From positions 32,001 to 96,000 of IMG/VR virus record IMGVR_UViG_3300033121_001553: DNA of 64,000 bases, one strand, 5' to 3'. A program made the translations under genes and the position numbers. The stretch is from a virus (lineage: Duplodnaviria > Caudoviricetes). Each line of letters begins with the position of its first letter. Within the stretch, counting starts at the first letter, position 1. A model generated the notes under the pieces. The model worked only from the letters and a program-made list of their open reading frames with translations, did no database searches and was not told the DNA's origin. Below, piece by piece: positions 1 to 10,304 of this stretch.

Positions 1-597
1 AGCAAGAAAATAGTTATAAGCTTTTTTAAGTTTGAGATCTTTGCACAGACGAAGAGCGATGACTATCTCGCCGTACGTATTTCCAAGACAGAAGTTTATG
101 ATCAATGTTGCGATCGACGCGATCTTAGCAGATGTTTGTTCGACGGCTTGATTGTACGAATCGACAAACATCTCTTTATCTGTAAAGTTAACAGCATCTT
201 TTTTAAGCTTATTCTTGATCCATATCTTGTATTTTTGCAGAGCGTACATAAGAACATAATTGAACGCTGTTGTCGAGCTATTTTTGTAGATCGGTTCAAA
301 CGGTTGCGCGAATACGTCGCCGGGATCGTCGCTCATATGCTTAGCGCTGTACTCAGCAAAGTCAACTGCAAAAATCAACAACTCAGCCGCTGTTGCGTAG
401 TCAACAGAAAATTCTATGCATATCCTCAACGCAGCTGTTCTTATGATTATTCTACAGATCAGCAAATAGTCATTAAACGAAAAAACATTTTCGCTCTCAT
501 GTTGAACTATCATCCTCCCAGCTTCAACAATAGACTTGTAATGTTTTCGTAGCTGTACTATGTAAATTCTAATTATTTCGTCAACAAATTTATCCAT
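1..597 (-). CDS. Alpha-helical hypothetical protein, paralog family (runs off the left end of the window)
   Basis: Not in the ORF track because it has no stop in the window. ATG at 597, open to base 1 (MDKFVDEIIRIY...ELLIFAVDFAE...LRLCKDLKLKKAYNYFLA). Shares ELLxxxxD(Y/F)xE and LxRxxxxLKLxxA motifs with 1036..2172 and 2188..3333. Confidence 0.85.
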   Translation of the reverse strand, partial: MDKFVDEIIRIYIVQLRKHYKSIVEAGRMIVQHESENVFSFNDYLLICRIIIRTAALRICIEFSVDYATAAELLIFAVDFAEYSAKHMSDDPGDVFAQPFEPIYKNSSTTAFNYVLMYALQKYKIWIKNKLKKDAVNFTDKEMFVDSYNQAVEQTSAKIASIATLIINFCLGNTYGEIVIALRLCKDLKLKKAYNYFLA

Positions 598-598
598 A

Positions 599-1009
599 TC
601 AACCGTTATGCTGTCTTATGTAGCTTCTAACAAGCATACGTGTTTCAATACTTTCATCTGAAAATTCTCTGCTTATCGCTCTCGTTAGCTGTAGTCCAGA
701 CCCACCTGCTTTTTCGATCGCTACCCACGCAAAACGCCGCAGCATATCTGCCATCATCGTTCTGAAGTCTTCGTTAGACGTTATGTTTTTGTAGCCGTAC
801 TTTGCGCCTTCTTGCTCGGCGAGAATAACTGTTCTAACAAACAAATACCTAAATCTTTGCCCGACTACGCCAGCGACTTCACCGAACTTTCCACTTACAA
901 CAAATTCATCAAGCATACTGTCCACTTGCGCAGATGCTTCGTCCAAGAATGCATCATTTTCAATAGCTTCGCTAATGATCTCTTTTAGTTCGCTGAGTCG
1001 TATCTTCAT
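599..1009 (-). CDS. Hypothetical protein with N-terminal propeptide-like helix (possible virion protein)
   Basis: Starts MKIRLSELKEIISE; TATTTA motif just upstream. Confidence 0.75.
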   Translation of the reverse strand: MKIRLSELKEIISEAIENDAFLDEASAQVDSMLDEFVVSGKFGEVAGVVGQRFRYLFVRTVILAEQEGAKYGYKNITSNEDFRTMMADMLRRFAWVAIEKAGGSGLQLTRAISREFSDESIETRMLVRSYIRQHNG

Positions 1010-1014
1010 ACGCG

Positions 1015-1020
1015 TAAATA
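1015..1020 (-). promoter_or_regulatory. Candidate late-promoter motif TA(T/G)TTA (representative copy)
   Basis: TATTTA also at 5403, 7523, 11904, 13411, 16373 and 63064; TAGTTA at 22661, 52874, 54597 and 58753. Mostly 5-35 nt upstream of virion- or lysis-type starts. Confidence 0.55.
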
Positions 1021-1035
1021 TGCGAAGTGCCGCGC

Positions 1036-2172
1036 TTATTTTCTTTTAAGCTCATCTGCGTACTCTTTGCAGATCTCATTGTACGTTTTTATTATGTCAC
1101 TTTTGTGATCAAACCAGTACGTTGTTATAGCTTCACTAACATTTTCTTTAAACTTTGCGAAATTTCCCATTTTAGTGTAGTCAATGTACTGCAGCGCATA
1201 TTCTATCATCTGCTTTGCAACATAAAACATGTATCTGCCAAGCACACGACGCGCATTCAAGCCATTGACTCTGTTCCGATTTATTATATCAATGGCAACT
1301 GAATACAGCCAACTCGACTTTCCAGCTATTATATTGGCGATTTCTACATTTTTTCTGCCCGTCAAACCAAGCTCTGTATAGTCAGGTACGTCTTGTTGAA
1401 CAAAGTCGCTAATGAGTACACGAACGTTCTTCTCAACGAGCTTAAAAAAATCAACATACGAATCGTAGCTACGTGAGCTGTCGACGTTTGACGTAATGTA
1501 GCGTTTTGCATGTTTTAGCTTGAGACTGTCGCATATTCGAATGAGCTGCGTAGTTGCAGACGTAAAAAGTTCATCGTCAGCTTCATCGCTCTGCTCGAAT
1601 ATGCTTGATATCGCTTTGTTCATCTCATCATCAATGTTTTCAACAACACCTTCGTACGCCTGCTTCAACATATGTTCAGCATCTGCTCCTTGATGAAAAT
1701 GCAGCGTATGCTTGGTCTCGTAGTACTCTTGAACGTACGATTCAAAACTCATTGTAGCTTCTAGACTGGAAAAGATGCTGTTGACTATGTTGCTTTCATC
1801 GTCAGCTTCATCTGATAGCTCAGCGTAGTCTTGAACAGCAACAAGTAGTTCATCTACGACGTTAACGTTATCAAGCAGCGATTTTTCTGCGCGTCTTCGT
1901 ATTGCTTCATTAACGAAATGCGTAAACTGCTTCGCGAACTGAGCGTAGCTGAAATTATTTTTGACATCTTTAAGCGTTTTTTCTAGTCTAACGACTGCTT
2001 GCATGTTTAGCTTTGTCGTTTCTTCGTCGCCGCTTTCTTCGCTTTCTTCTGCTGCTGTATTCGCGTATGACAATTTGTCGTCAATGTCATCTATTACTCC
2101 TACTCGAATATTCTTATAGAAGTCAGCAACTTTTTTGTGATACGCTTGAAAAATTAGTTTTGTAAATTTCAT
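1036..2172 (-). CDS. Alpha-helical hypothetical protein, paralog family
   Basis: 378-aa ORF; DELLVAVQDYAE and LIRICDSLKLKHA motifs shared with neighbours. Confidence 0.85.
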   Translation of the reverse strand: MKFTKLIFQAYHKKVADFYKNIRVGVIDDIDDKLSYANTAAEESEESGDEETTKLNMQAVVRLEKTLKDVKNNFSYAQFAKQFTHFVNEAIRRRAEKSLLDNVNVVDELLVAVQDYAELSDEADDESNIVNSIFSSLEATMSFESYVQEYYETKHTLHFHQGADAEHMLKQAYEGVVENIDDEMNKAISSIFEQSDEADDELFTSATTQLIRICDSLKLKHAKRYITSNVDSSRSYDSYVDFFKLVEKNVRVLISDFVQQDVPDYTELGLTGRKNVEIANIIAGKSSWLYSVAIDIINRNRVNGLNARRVLGRYMFYVAKQMIEYALQYIDYTKMGNFAKFKENVSEAITTYWFDHKSDIIKTYNEICKEYADELKRK

Positions 2173-2187
2173 GTCTTGTCTTTCTTG

Positions 2188-3333
2188 TTAGCGTCTCGTT
2201 GCGTAGACATAGTCAGCGATTATTTCTGTAACAATATCATAAAAATCTGTTCTATCGATGAAGTCTTTGACGATATTCAAAATTCTATGGAAGAATTCAG
2301 TATGTTCTGCTGTACGTGCTGAATGGGAGACTTTTTTGTTCTCTCCATCTTCGGGTGAATACAACATGTCAGATGATAGTTCTCTGATTTGTTCTGGATC
2401 AACGTTTGCTTTAACGTAGTCAGCAGCTTCATACGCGTATTTTCGTAGCACTGGCTTAAGCTCTTGCATCACGTCATGCGCGATAACTACGTTATGATGA
2501 AGCGCGAGTTCTTTTACGACAATCGTAAGCGCACCTTGACTTCCAACAATCGCTGCTGCAATGACGAATGGAGCAGAATTGTAAGTCACCGGTGACTCAA
2601 GATAGTTTTCCAAAATTTCGTTTATAAGTTGTTTGACGTTGGCAAAAAAACTATTTTTCTTATTTGAGTGATAAGCTTTCGTAGAAGTAACTGGCGAATG
2701 CGCTATAAGAAAAGACTCTGCTTTATGCAGTTTCAAGCTACGGGCGTACCTAATCAGTACAGTCGAAAAATACTCAGCAGATGCGAATGAATTGAGCAAT
2801 TTCTTAACGTTATCGATAAGATCATTTTTGATCGTATCGATAGCGCTCATTTTTCTTCTGATCGTATCGGCTCTTATCTGTGTCCATTCATATACATCGA
2901 CGACACGTGCCTTCACAGAAGATTCTATTGCGCCAGCGATGCTAATCTCAACGTATGGTCTTTCTATTACGTCTACTATAGACTTGATAGAAACATCTTC
3001 TTTGTTGCTCTCTGACTCGCTGTAGTCTTGCGCAAGTATGAACAATTCATCCGTTGTGTTAAAGTCGGCTCCAAGATACTGCGCACGATCAATGATCGCA
3101 TTCGTTATCGCAATTTCGTAGTATTCAAGAACATCTTCGTAACTCACTTTACTAATGAGCTTTTTTGCTTCTTCATGCATACGCTCATTTGCTTCTTCAT
3201 CATACGAAAGTTCTACGCCATCCAAGCAATCTGCAAGCTGCTCAGCAACCCTTCTGTAAAGATCGCGCAGTTCGCGATGATACGCACTCTTTACAAGCTT
3301 ATAGTATTCTGAGCTTGTCTTACCACGCTTCAT
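2188..3333 (-). CDS. Alpha-helical hypothetical protein, paralog family
   Basis: 381-aa ORF; DELFILAQDYSE and LIRYARSLKLHKA motifs. Confidence 0.85.
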   Translation of the reverse strand: MKRGKTSSEYYKLVKSAYHRELRDLYRRVAEQLADCLDGVELSYDEEANERMHEEAKKLISKVSYEDVLEYYEIAITNAIIDRAQYLGADFNTTDELFILAQDYSESESNKEDVSIKSIVDVIERPYVEISIAGAIESSVKARVVDVYEWTQIRADTIRRKMSAIDTIKNDLIDNVKKLLNSFASAEYFSTVLIRYARSLKLHKAESFLIAHSPVTSTKAYHSNKKNSFFANVKQLINEILENYLESPVTYNSAPFVIAAAIVGSQGALTIVVKELALHHNVVIAHDVMQELKPVLRKYAYEAADYVKANVDPEQIRELSSDMLYSPEDGENKKVSHSARTAEHTEFFHRILNIVKDFIDRTDFYDIVTEIIADYVYATRR

Positions 3334-4354
3334 CGTCTTCTTCTTCTTTCTTTGGAAAATCAGCGTTGCTGTAGTAACGTCTCGTCAGATCTTCTACGTA
3401 TCGTAGCATTTCATTGCGAATAACATTGCTGTAGATGTCACCGTACGCGTTGCCAACAGCACGCTCAATGTTTTCTGTGACATCATCTTCTAGCTGTTCA
3501 TACGTCATTATCTCTGATAGAAAAGAAAACTGTTGCATTACGTGATACGCGAAGATACTAACGAACCGTACGTAGTCATCAGTCGAATGTTTGTCTGAGA
3601 GTCTCTTGAAAATCTTCGTAATACCGTTCTTGACATTGCTAACGTACTTTTCAATGTTGCGATGCGACAGATCCATACCGGCTGTCGCACGAGAACGAGA
3701 GCGTTCGTCAGCGCCGTACAGCTTCATCAGATAACTTCTAATTTTTTTCGGTAGCTCGCGCATAATGTACCCGGCTTCAATATCGTTGTTCTTCGTATAC
3801 TGACGGGCGAGCACAGAAATATTCGTCAAAATACTGTCGTTTTCTTCTGTAACACTATTAATAACGAATGAGGCTACAACGCTATCCAACGTATAATGAT
3901 CATGATGTTCACGATGCATATCATTGTACACGCTAAGAATCCAGCCCTTCGCGGTCTTAACGAGCTTTTCGTACTCATCTGAGAACAGATACGTTGTGTC
4001 GAATTCATTTAGTAGCATCTCGCTTTGATCAGAGTACGTACTCATGAAATAGAGGATTGACTCTGCTGTCCTTTCAGCAAAGTCAATGTATATGCTGTAT
4101 TCGTGACTGTCGACTTTGCTATCGTGCTCGTAGCACATTTGTATGTACTCGTTTACTGGAAAGCCTGGCATGTAGTACTGCAGCTCTGGACCGAGCATTG
4201 AAACAAAATTATGCCACGTTTTTTTAATAACATCTTCAAGCATCTCGTCAGCTTGCACTGGGTAGGTAATTTTAAACAGCTTAACTGTAGCGTCACCGCT
4301 CAGCATTTTTTTTATTCGCTTGACATGAGACTCATTTGGTTCGTAAAATTTCAT
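3320..4354 (-). CDS. Alpha-helical hypothetical protein (possibly a distant member of the same family)
   Basis: 344-aa ORF of similar size and composition, coupled to neighbours; family motifs not clear. Confidence 0.8.
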   Translation of the reverse strand: MKFYEPNESHVKRIKKMLSGDATVKLFKITYPVQADEMLEDVIKKTWHNFVSMLGPELQYYMPGFPVNEYIQMCYEHDSKVDSHEYSIYIDFAERTAESILYFMSTYSDQSEMLLNEFDTTYLFSDEYEKLVKTAKGWILSVYNDMHREHHDHYTLDSVVASFVINSVTEENDSILTNISVLARQYTKNNDIEAGYIMRELPKKIRSYLMKLYGADERSRSRATAGMDLSHRNIEKYVSNVKNGITKIFKRLSDKHSTDDYVRFVSIFAYHVMQQFSFLSEIMTYEQLEDDVTENIERAVGNAYGDIYSNVIRNEMLRYVEDLTRRYYSNADFPKKEEEDDEAW

Positions 4355-5385
4355 TTCGTTCTCTTGAAAAATGATAGTATGAATTCAACTATACGTTCGA
4401 ACAACGTTAGTTCACGTACAACGATAACTGGCACGGGCGGTGGCGGTGGAACAGGCTCATCCACGTACACTGGTACTACAGGCGTTGGCGTCGGTTGATC
4501 TACTGGCGTAACTTCCCATGTTTGTAGTTCATCAGCTGTCGCAGGTATCGTAACATTCCACAGTTTCATAACAAGTGGTGCAAGCTTATCGTAACGTTTT
4601 GGGTATATCCCAATGCCTGGTCCAAAAGTCAGCTTTTTGATCAACGATATGCACCAGTCTTGGCTCCACTTCGTGTACGCCGAACCGTCTATGTGCTGCT
4701 TTAGCTGCGTGTGCGCTGTCGCTGGAATGTTAGCTGCGAATGATATGTAAATCGCTCTAACAGCAAGCGTCCAGTCGTCGTTACGCTGTTCTGTGAATAG
4801 CTGTTCTTGCGCATACTGCGTAGCGAAACTGAGCAGTCGTTTCTTTGTGAATTCCCGCTGAACTGTTTGAGCTCTCTGATCTGAGAAGATGCTTGCGATA
4901 CAAGCAGCCCATGTCTTTGCACGCTCTTTTGCTTCTGGAGTCCATGCTCCTGTCCTTCCGCTGCATCCAAGAAAAAGCTGTTTTTGCTGTTCAAGAGTTT
5001 TTACCTCTACACCGTCAACAAAAAATCTCCATTGATCAGTCGAATTCTTCTTGAAAACAGCACCAGTCATATCAAGTGCTGGACGTAGCTCTGACTCTAG
5101 CCAGTCTGTTCCAACAGCGACAGCAACACCTCCGAGCATATTCGATACGCTACATTGTATAGCTTCTCCCCACTGTATAGCGCCAACAGATATTATCATG
5201 CGATCGTACATATTGATCGCAGCGTAGTTAGAACCTTCAGTGACAGCTACAACTTGCAAATACTTATCAAGAGTATCTGCTTTTACTGGCAAAGATACTC
5301 TTGATAGATGATTTCCAGCGTAATATGGACCTTCGTAGCCGCCATAAGAGCCCCATCCAATATCTTTTACGGTAACAGCTGGCAT
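4351..5385 (-). CDS. Putative endolysin / lysozyme-fold muramidase
   Basis: EGSNYAAINMYD..IISVGAIQW resembles a lysozyme-superfamily catalytic Glu plus beta-hairpin. Pro-rich linker and C-terminal amphipathic helix LFERIVEFILSFFKR. Confidence 0.55.
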   Translation of the reverse strand: MPAVTVKDIGWGSYGGYEGPYYAGNHLSRVSLPVKADTLDKYLQVVAVTEGSNYAAINMYDRMIISVGAIQWGEAIQCSVSNMLGGVAVAVGTDWLESELRPALDMTGAVFKKNSTDQWRFFVDGVEVKTLEQQKQLFLGCSGRTGAWTPEAKERAKTWAACIASIFSDQRAQTVQREFTKKRLLSFATQYAQEQLFTEQRNDDWTLAVRAIYISFAANIPATAHTQLKQHIDGSAYTKWSQDWCISLIKKLTFGPGIGIYPKRYDKLAPLVMKLWNVTIPATADELQTWEVTPVDQPTPTPVVPVYVDEPVPPPPPVPVIVVRELTLFERIVEFILSFFKRTK

Positions 5386-5424
5386 TCATACACCTCGTAC
5401 CGTAAATATCTACGACGCTACTAC

Positions 5425-5895
5425 TAATTTTTTGTTTGTCTTCACGTTCTCAAGCATCGTTTCAGCGGGACCTTTAAGAACAAGCTTTGCTTTTGTGCCG
5501 TCATCAAGCATGACATAAGTCGGTTGTTCAACATGCTGAATTTCGGCTTCATTCACATTTTGATATGAACTTTGTACATTCTGTAGTCGATACTTCTCCG
5601 TTCTATCACCAATTTCAGCGATATAAGCATCGATAACGTTATTCATGCGTTTCTGGAGTTCGTCTCCGACTTGTGGTATTGACGTGTAAATAACACAGTT
5701 CGATGACAGCTCTTCTAGAACTTCTCTATTCGACGAAATGACACCGTCTTTGCTGATTTCTGCATAAACATGACGCTTCTTTTGACCATCAAGCGCAACA
5801 GTAATGTTAATCTCTACTATGGCAACAACCTTTATCACAAGTTTGCTACCAACAGACAGCAAATACAGTATCTGTCCAACGTTGTAGTCATTCAT
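5425..5895 (-). CDS. Hypothetical protein
   Basis: Start MNDYNVGQ overlaps the upstream stop region. Ends ...TNKK-TTA at 5425-5427 (standard-code stop 5410). Confidence 0.75.
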
Positions 5896-6187
5896 CTTGT
5901 TCTGATTCACTTCCATCATCAGCATCGCTATTATACTTTACGATGTTGATCGAGTACATCTGACTCATGCTTATCGCGTGATCTGGCGCTTCATCAATTG
6001 GAACATTAGCCGCTTTGCACAATTTTACGAGTTTGTTCCAAATTTTTGAATCTTGCTTCGCATCCATGAGTTTGCTTACTGGATCTGATACTTGTGAATT
6101 CGACACGACTATCGTAACGCCCATAAGCGCTCGCAGATGCTCAAGCTCATCACGACTCAACTTCAAATCGTATGTTTTTGTGGCCAT
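5888..6187 (-). CDS. Hypothetical protein
   Basis: 99-aa ORF; its ATG overlaps the TTA of the upstream gene (TTATG). Confidence 0.75.
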   Translation of the reverse strand: MATKTYDLKLSRDELEHLRALMGVTIVVSNSQVSDPVSKLMDAKQDSKIWNKLVKLCKAANVPIDEAPDHAISMSQMYSINIVKYNSDADDGSESEQDE

Positions 6188-6435
6188 AATTCATCACCGA
6201 GCAAAGCGTAAAATTCATCGTACGTATTTTTGTTATCAACAGACTCTACTATCTTTTTAACTCTCATTACTGCTTTAAGAGTTTTCATGTCGATTTTATC
6301 AGAGAACTCTTGGATGAGTTCCTTCCGCGACTCCGAGAGCTCAGCGAGCTCTTGTTCAAGTGCAGTGTAACGTTCAACAAACTCTTTGACATCATTCGGC
6401 TCATTCAAAACTTTATCTTCGTTTTTCTTCTTCAT
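6187..6435 (-). CDS. Small dsDNA-binding protein, GapR/DUF2312/T4 DsbA-like
   Basis: VKEFVERYTALEQE..ELSESRKELIQE....DMKTLKAVMRVKK pattern. Ends ...LGDE-TTA (standard stop 6163). Confidence 0.6.
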
Positions 6436-7517
6436 TATTTCGCTCCTGATGTTATATTTTGCACAGCTGCGTCGTACTTAGCAAGTAGATTTGAATTTAC
6501 ACCAGCACCGGCAAGTTGTTCACGCCTTTTTTTGATAGCTGACACGCAAGCATTTACAGCAGCAGCACGTATTTGCTGAAGCGAGACTTGCAGAAACTCT
6601 TGTTGAACTTCTTGCGGTAGCTTCGCCGCTTCAGCCTTGAGCTGAGGGAACTTTGAAAGATCTTTTATCGATGCTGCTTCACGTGCAGGCTGAAGCAACG
6701 CAGCAACGTCTCTATCGATAAAAGCTGTTGCGTCTGACATCATTGACTGCGCGCGCTTTGAGCTTGAAATCTTTTTTTGAACGTACGCAAGCACTTTATC
6801 GACTTTCTGCGCTGTTGCATCGTCTGCTTCAAGCAGCGTTGCACCGCTACGTGAACGCGAGTCATGCACGTCTATCCAAGCATGTCTGTTGAAATACTGC
6901 GATGCGTACTTTGATACGACATTTGGAGCTTCATGCTCGTACACTCCATCTAGAAATTTCGTTATTTTGCCGATGTTGGGTTCTTCACCCAACAATGCCC
7001 CAATGATACCAGTGATAGCGCCAGGCGCTTTACGAAAAAATTGAGTTGTAACAAAAGCAGTGGGATTGCTAATAAACGCAAAGAAGATAAAGTCATTATT
7101 TTCCCAAAGCGCCTTATCTGTTGATCTGTATACATCTTCGTACTTTTTTTCTATCGTATCAAGCAATTTATCTTGTTCATCGAATATCTGCTTGTACTTC
7201 GTCGAATAGAACGGTAGCACAACGCTTTTGACAACTTCGAATGCTGTCTTGACAGCGCCACGTGCGCGTACAAGCGTTTTCTGCCCTTCACCCGCTGCTG
7301 TCTGTATAACATCGACAAACGGTTTTACGAATGCTTTATAGATTCCCGACTGTTTAAAGTCAGTATCAATTTTGCCCCATGTGAAGCCTTGACCAGTGTG
7401 TACTCCACCCGTAGAGTCAAATGAAGCGCCACCACCTCCGCCGCCCTCGTCTTCAAGCAAAACGAGTCGTACATACTCTTGTATCAGGCGACGCTCAGTG
7501 TTAGTCAATTTTTTCAT
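6435..7517 (-). CDS. Hypothetical protein with propeptide-like N-terminus (possible virion protein)
   Basis: Start moved to ATG 7517 (MKKLTNTERRLIQEYVRLVLLE-DEGGGGG), after a TATTTA motif. The track's upstream extension contains an in-frame TTA. Confidence 0.75.
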   Translation of the reverse strand: MKKLTNTERRLIQEYVRLVLLEDEGGGGGGASFDSTGGVHTGQGFTWGKIDTDFKQSGIYKAFVKPFVDVIQTAAGEGQKTLVRARGAVKTAFEVVKSVVLPFYSTKYKQIFDEQDKLLDTIEKKYEDVYRSTDKALWENNDFIFFAFISNPTAFVTTQFFRKAPGAITGIIGALLGEEPNIGKITKFLDGVYEHEAPNVVSKYASQYFNRHAWIDVHDSRSRSGATLLEADDATAQKVDKVLAYVQKKISSSKRAQSMMSDATAFIDRDVAALLQPAREAASIKDLSKFPQLKAEAAKLPQEVQQEFLQVSLQQIRAAAVNACVSAIKKRREQLAGAGVNSNLLAKYDAAVQNITSGAK

Positions 7518-7521
7518 AGAC

Positions 7522-8187
7522 TTAAATAAGAGTTGTGCCGCTGATTCTTTGCCACTCTTTGAGTATCTCTGTCTCAACGTAGTTAAAAGTTTCGTATGAA
7601 TCTATCTTTGTGTGATCGTAACACGAGAAAAAACGTCTGCCAACAGTTGGTAGCCTGTACATCATCTCACGTCTTACTGTCTTTGGATCTGTAATATCGC
7701 TTCCTATAGACATCATTGTCATTGGTATGGTTGCTCTAATAAATTCTGGAAGCTTGTAGCCATCACCGTTCATATAGCATCTTACCAGATCAACAGTATT
7801 TCTAATGTGGTACTGTATGTTCGGCAAGTCATCTATATCACGTAGTTCAGTCCAACCGTACCTCGTCTCACGCGGTTCGTAGTCATCTATCTCGACTACA
7901 TAGTACCAGCACATACGATTTGGGTGTGTTGGCTTTGTTCTCATGACCCACGGTATCGGCAAAATACCTTTGCATTTGACGTCTGCAAACTTTTTACCAA
8001 AAAGTTCATAGCAGATATCGTCAACAGCTGTCTCAGTCGTATCGCTAAGCTCATTTTTGTCGCGCGGGTAGATCCAGTCATCGCTACCAGCTTTATGGCA
8101 TACAAGCAGCTTGTTCTTGCTATATGCGATGAGCCCTATCGTATAAATAATGCCCTTTTCAAAAAATTCTTGCTTTCGCTTCATCAA
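7522..8187 (-). CDS. Degenerate Nudix-fold protein
   Basis: LLVCHK...WIYPRDKNELSDTTETAVDDICYELFG has Nudix-box spacing but lacks G and REUxEE. Confidence 0.4.
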   Translation of the reverse strand: MMKRKQEFFEKGIIYTIGLIAYSKNKLLVCHKAGSDDWIYPRDKNELSDTTETAVDDICYELFGKKFADVKCKGILPIPWVMRTKPTHPNRMCWYYVVEIDDYEPRETRYGWTELRDIDDLPNIQYHIRNTVDLVRCYMNGDGYKLPEFIRATIPMTMMSIGSDITDPKTVRREMMYRLPTVGRRFFSCYDHTKIDSYETFNYVETEILKEWQRISGTTLI

Positions 8188-8196
8188 CCAAGATTA

Positions 8197-9699
8197 TAAG
8201 ACTTCTAGATAAAACTTTGGTCTAAAATTCATCGACACACCGTAGAATTTTAGATACGTTTGTATCGCGTTGTGCGTAAAGAGATAGAAGCCTTCTTCTG
8301 TAATGACAACGAGCGCCGTTGAACCAACAAATGCATTACCAACATTGAGTCTATCATTGATTTCTGTTATATACGATGTTGGATCAGCGTACTCAGTTCC
8401 AACTGCTGCTACTGCATCTGCTAGACTTACGATGCCATCTTCGTACGTGTATTCTGACTTGCTACCGAGTAGCTTCGCAAGTTTAACGAGTTTCGCTGTT
8501 TCAAGTTCACGCAGTTCATACGCTATATCTGGATCTATGTTGAGTAGCGTCTCTATCGCTGTTGTTCTTGCATCGAACATCTTGTACGGAAAAAGTTTTG
8601 TAAGCTCCCACATCGCGCGCATAATACCGTGTATGTTCGATATGAATGGCTCTGTTAGGGTTCCGCTGCTAAATGTCTTTTCGTAATGACTAATGAAATT
8701 TTTTGCGTACTCTGAAATCTTTATGATTTTTTCTATATTTGGAAGCTTTGCTATTGCTGAACGTGGTATCGAGCTGTAGACACTAACGTAACGTTTTATC
8801 GTGTTGAATATCTTAGAATACTCGACGTACACAGTTGAAGTAAACTCGCTTGATCCATGCACACCTGCGCGTATTACTGGACCGCTACTTCTTGTTATGC
8901 TTTTTACTTCGAGCTTCTGTCCGCCAGGTAGCAGCACATCGTACGTAAATGTATCAGAGCTTGATCTCTGACCGTTGAAAAGTGCGGCGACGAGCATCTC
9001 GCCGTCAGCGTCATCTTTCGATATGCGCAGCGAACGTGCATCGTAGTATTTCTCGTTACCGTCAGCGTCAACGTACGGTACACGATTCCACGGGACAAGT
9101 TCGTTATCATTGTGCAATGTGATGAACGACTCGTACGTTACGGGTGAACCGTAACTGCGTGTTGCCGACTTATCAAACTTCTGCTCTTTCTCAACTGCGC
9201 TAACAATCGCGTAGTCACTCATCTCAGGAAACATCATCGAGATACGTCGCTGTAGAACAGCAGGTATCGATGGACGCTTCTTTAGGAGCGCTGCTATGTT
9301 TCGTCCAACAGAGTCTTGCGTAGTTTCATATTCGCTATCAAATGCCAGCTTATACGCATCAGAAGTATCTATTGTTGTACCATCTGACAGCTTTACATCT
9401 GTATGAAATGAAAGATACGAAGCAACAAGCTCATTAAACGCATCACGTTGTTCTTCGTTGGCAGTTTTAAGAACATCGTGTATTACAGTAGCACCGATCT
9501 TTCTATTACTACCTGGCTTTAGTATCTTAGTCGCTGACGTAAGAAATTTTTGTGTATCTTCATTTTCGTGAAACAGGTCCCACAAGCCAATGAGCGCGTT
9601 TATTTTTGCGAATTCTTTAACACGCTTATCAAGCAAACCTTCATACAGCAAAAATTCATTCGCTATATTTTCTTTTAGCTGGCTTAGCCTCATTCTCAT
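8197..9699 (-). CDS. Propeptide-bearing protein with PD-(D/E)xK nuclease-like motif
   Basis: N-terminus MRMRLSQLKENIANE; internal GEMLVAALF...YDVLL...LEVKS; ends TTA-TAA. Confidence 0.55.
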
Positions 9700-10304
9700 A
9701 TTTTTGGAGTTATTGGTAGAGGTGCTGGTGACTTTTCTTTTTGCGATGATGTAGCAGCTGGTTTAACTTGCGGTTTCTGTTCACCTGCTCCCTGCTGATC
9801 ATTTTCTTTTTTCTCTGCGTACGCAAAAGTTATTCCAGGCTTTGGCATGTTGCCTGGTGCTATAGCGAGTTCACCGGGCAACTCTCCAGTGACGATCTGA
9901 CCGATACCCTTAAAGAACGAAATCATCGCAAGTTTTTCCATTGGAGAGAGCGCGTTGATATACTTCGTCAGCTGAGCTTTTACTTTATCGTCTTTGAACG
10001 ACTTGCCTGCTCGTATAACGTTCAGCTTCGCGATAATGTTCTCTATGCTGATGTTATTTACGTCTGCAAGTGCAGACACCATCACGCGTTGTTTCATCGC
10101 GTCGTTCATAGCGTTTACGTCAGTGCCAGGTGGAAGACCAGCTGCCTGCTGATTCGCTGCTGCATTTGCTGGTGGCTGTGAAGCGTCTGCCTGCGGCTGA
10201 GCTGGAACTGGTAGTTCGTCTGCTTCTCTCAATGACTTCTTTTTTGCGACTGTTTCGTTAATGACAGAAGCAAAAAGTGAATTAACATTTATTTTCTCAT
10301 TCAT
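9696..10304 (-). CDS. Hypothetical protein (Pro/Ala/Gln-rich linker, possible head-internal protein)
   Basis: 202-aa ORF; N-terminal ...VINE and LREA sites followed by low-complexity sequence. Confidence 0.75.
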   Translation of the reverse strand: MNEKINVNSLFASVINETVAKKKSLREADELPVPAQPQADASQPPANAAANQQAAGLPPGTDVNAMNDAMKQRVMVSALADVNNISIENIIAKLNVIRAGKSFKDDKVKAQLTKYINALSPMEKLAMISFFKGIGQIVTGELPGELAIAPGNMPKPGITFAYAEKKENDQQGAGEQKPQVKPAATSSQKEKSPAPLPITPKI

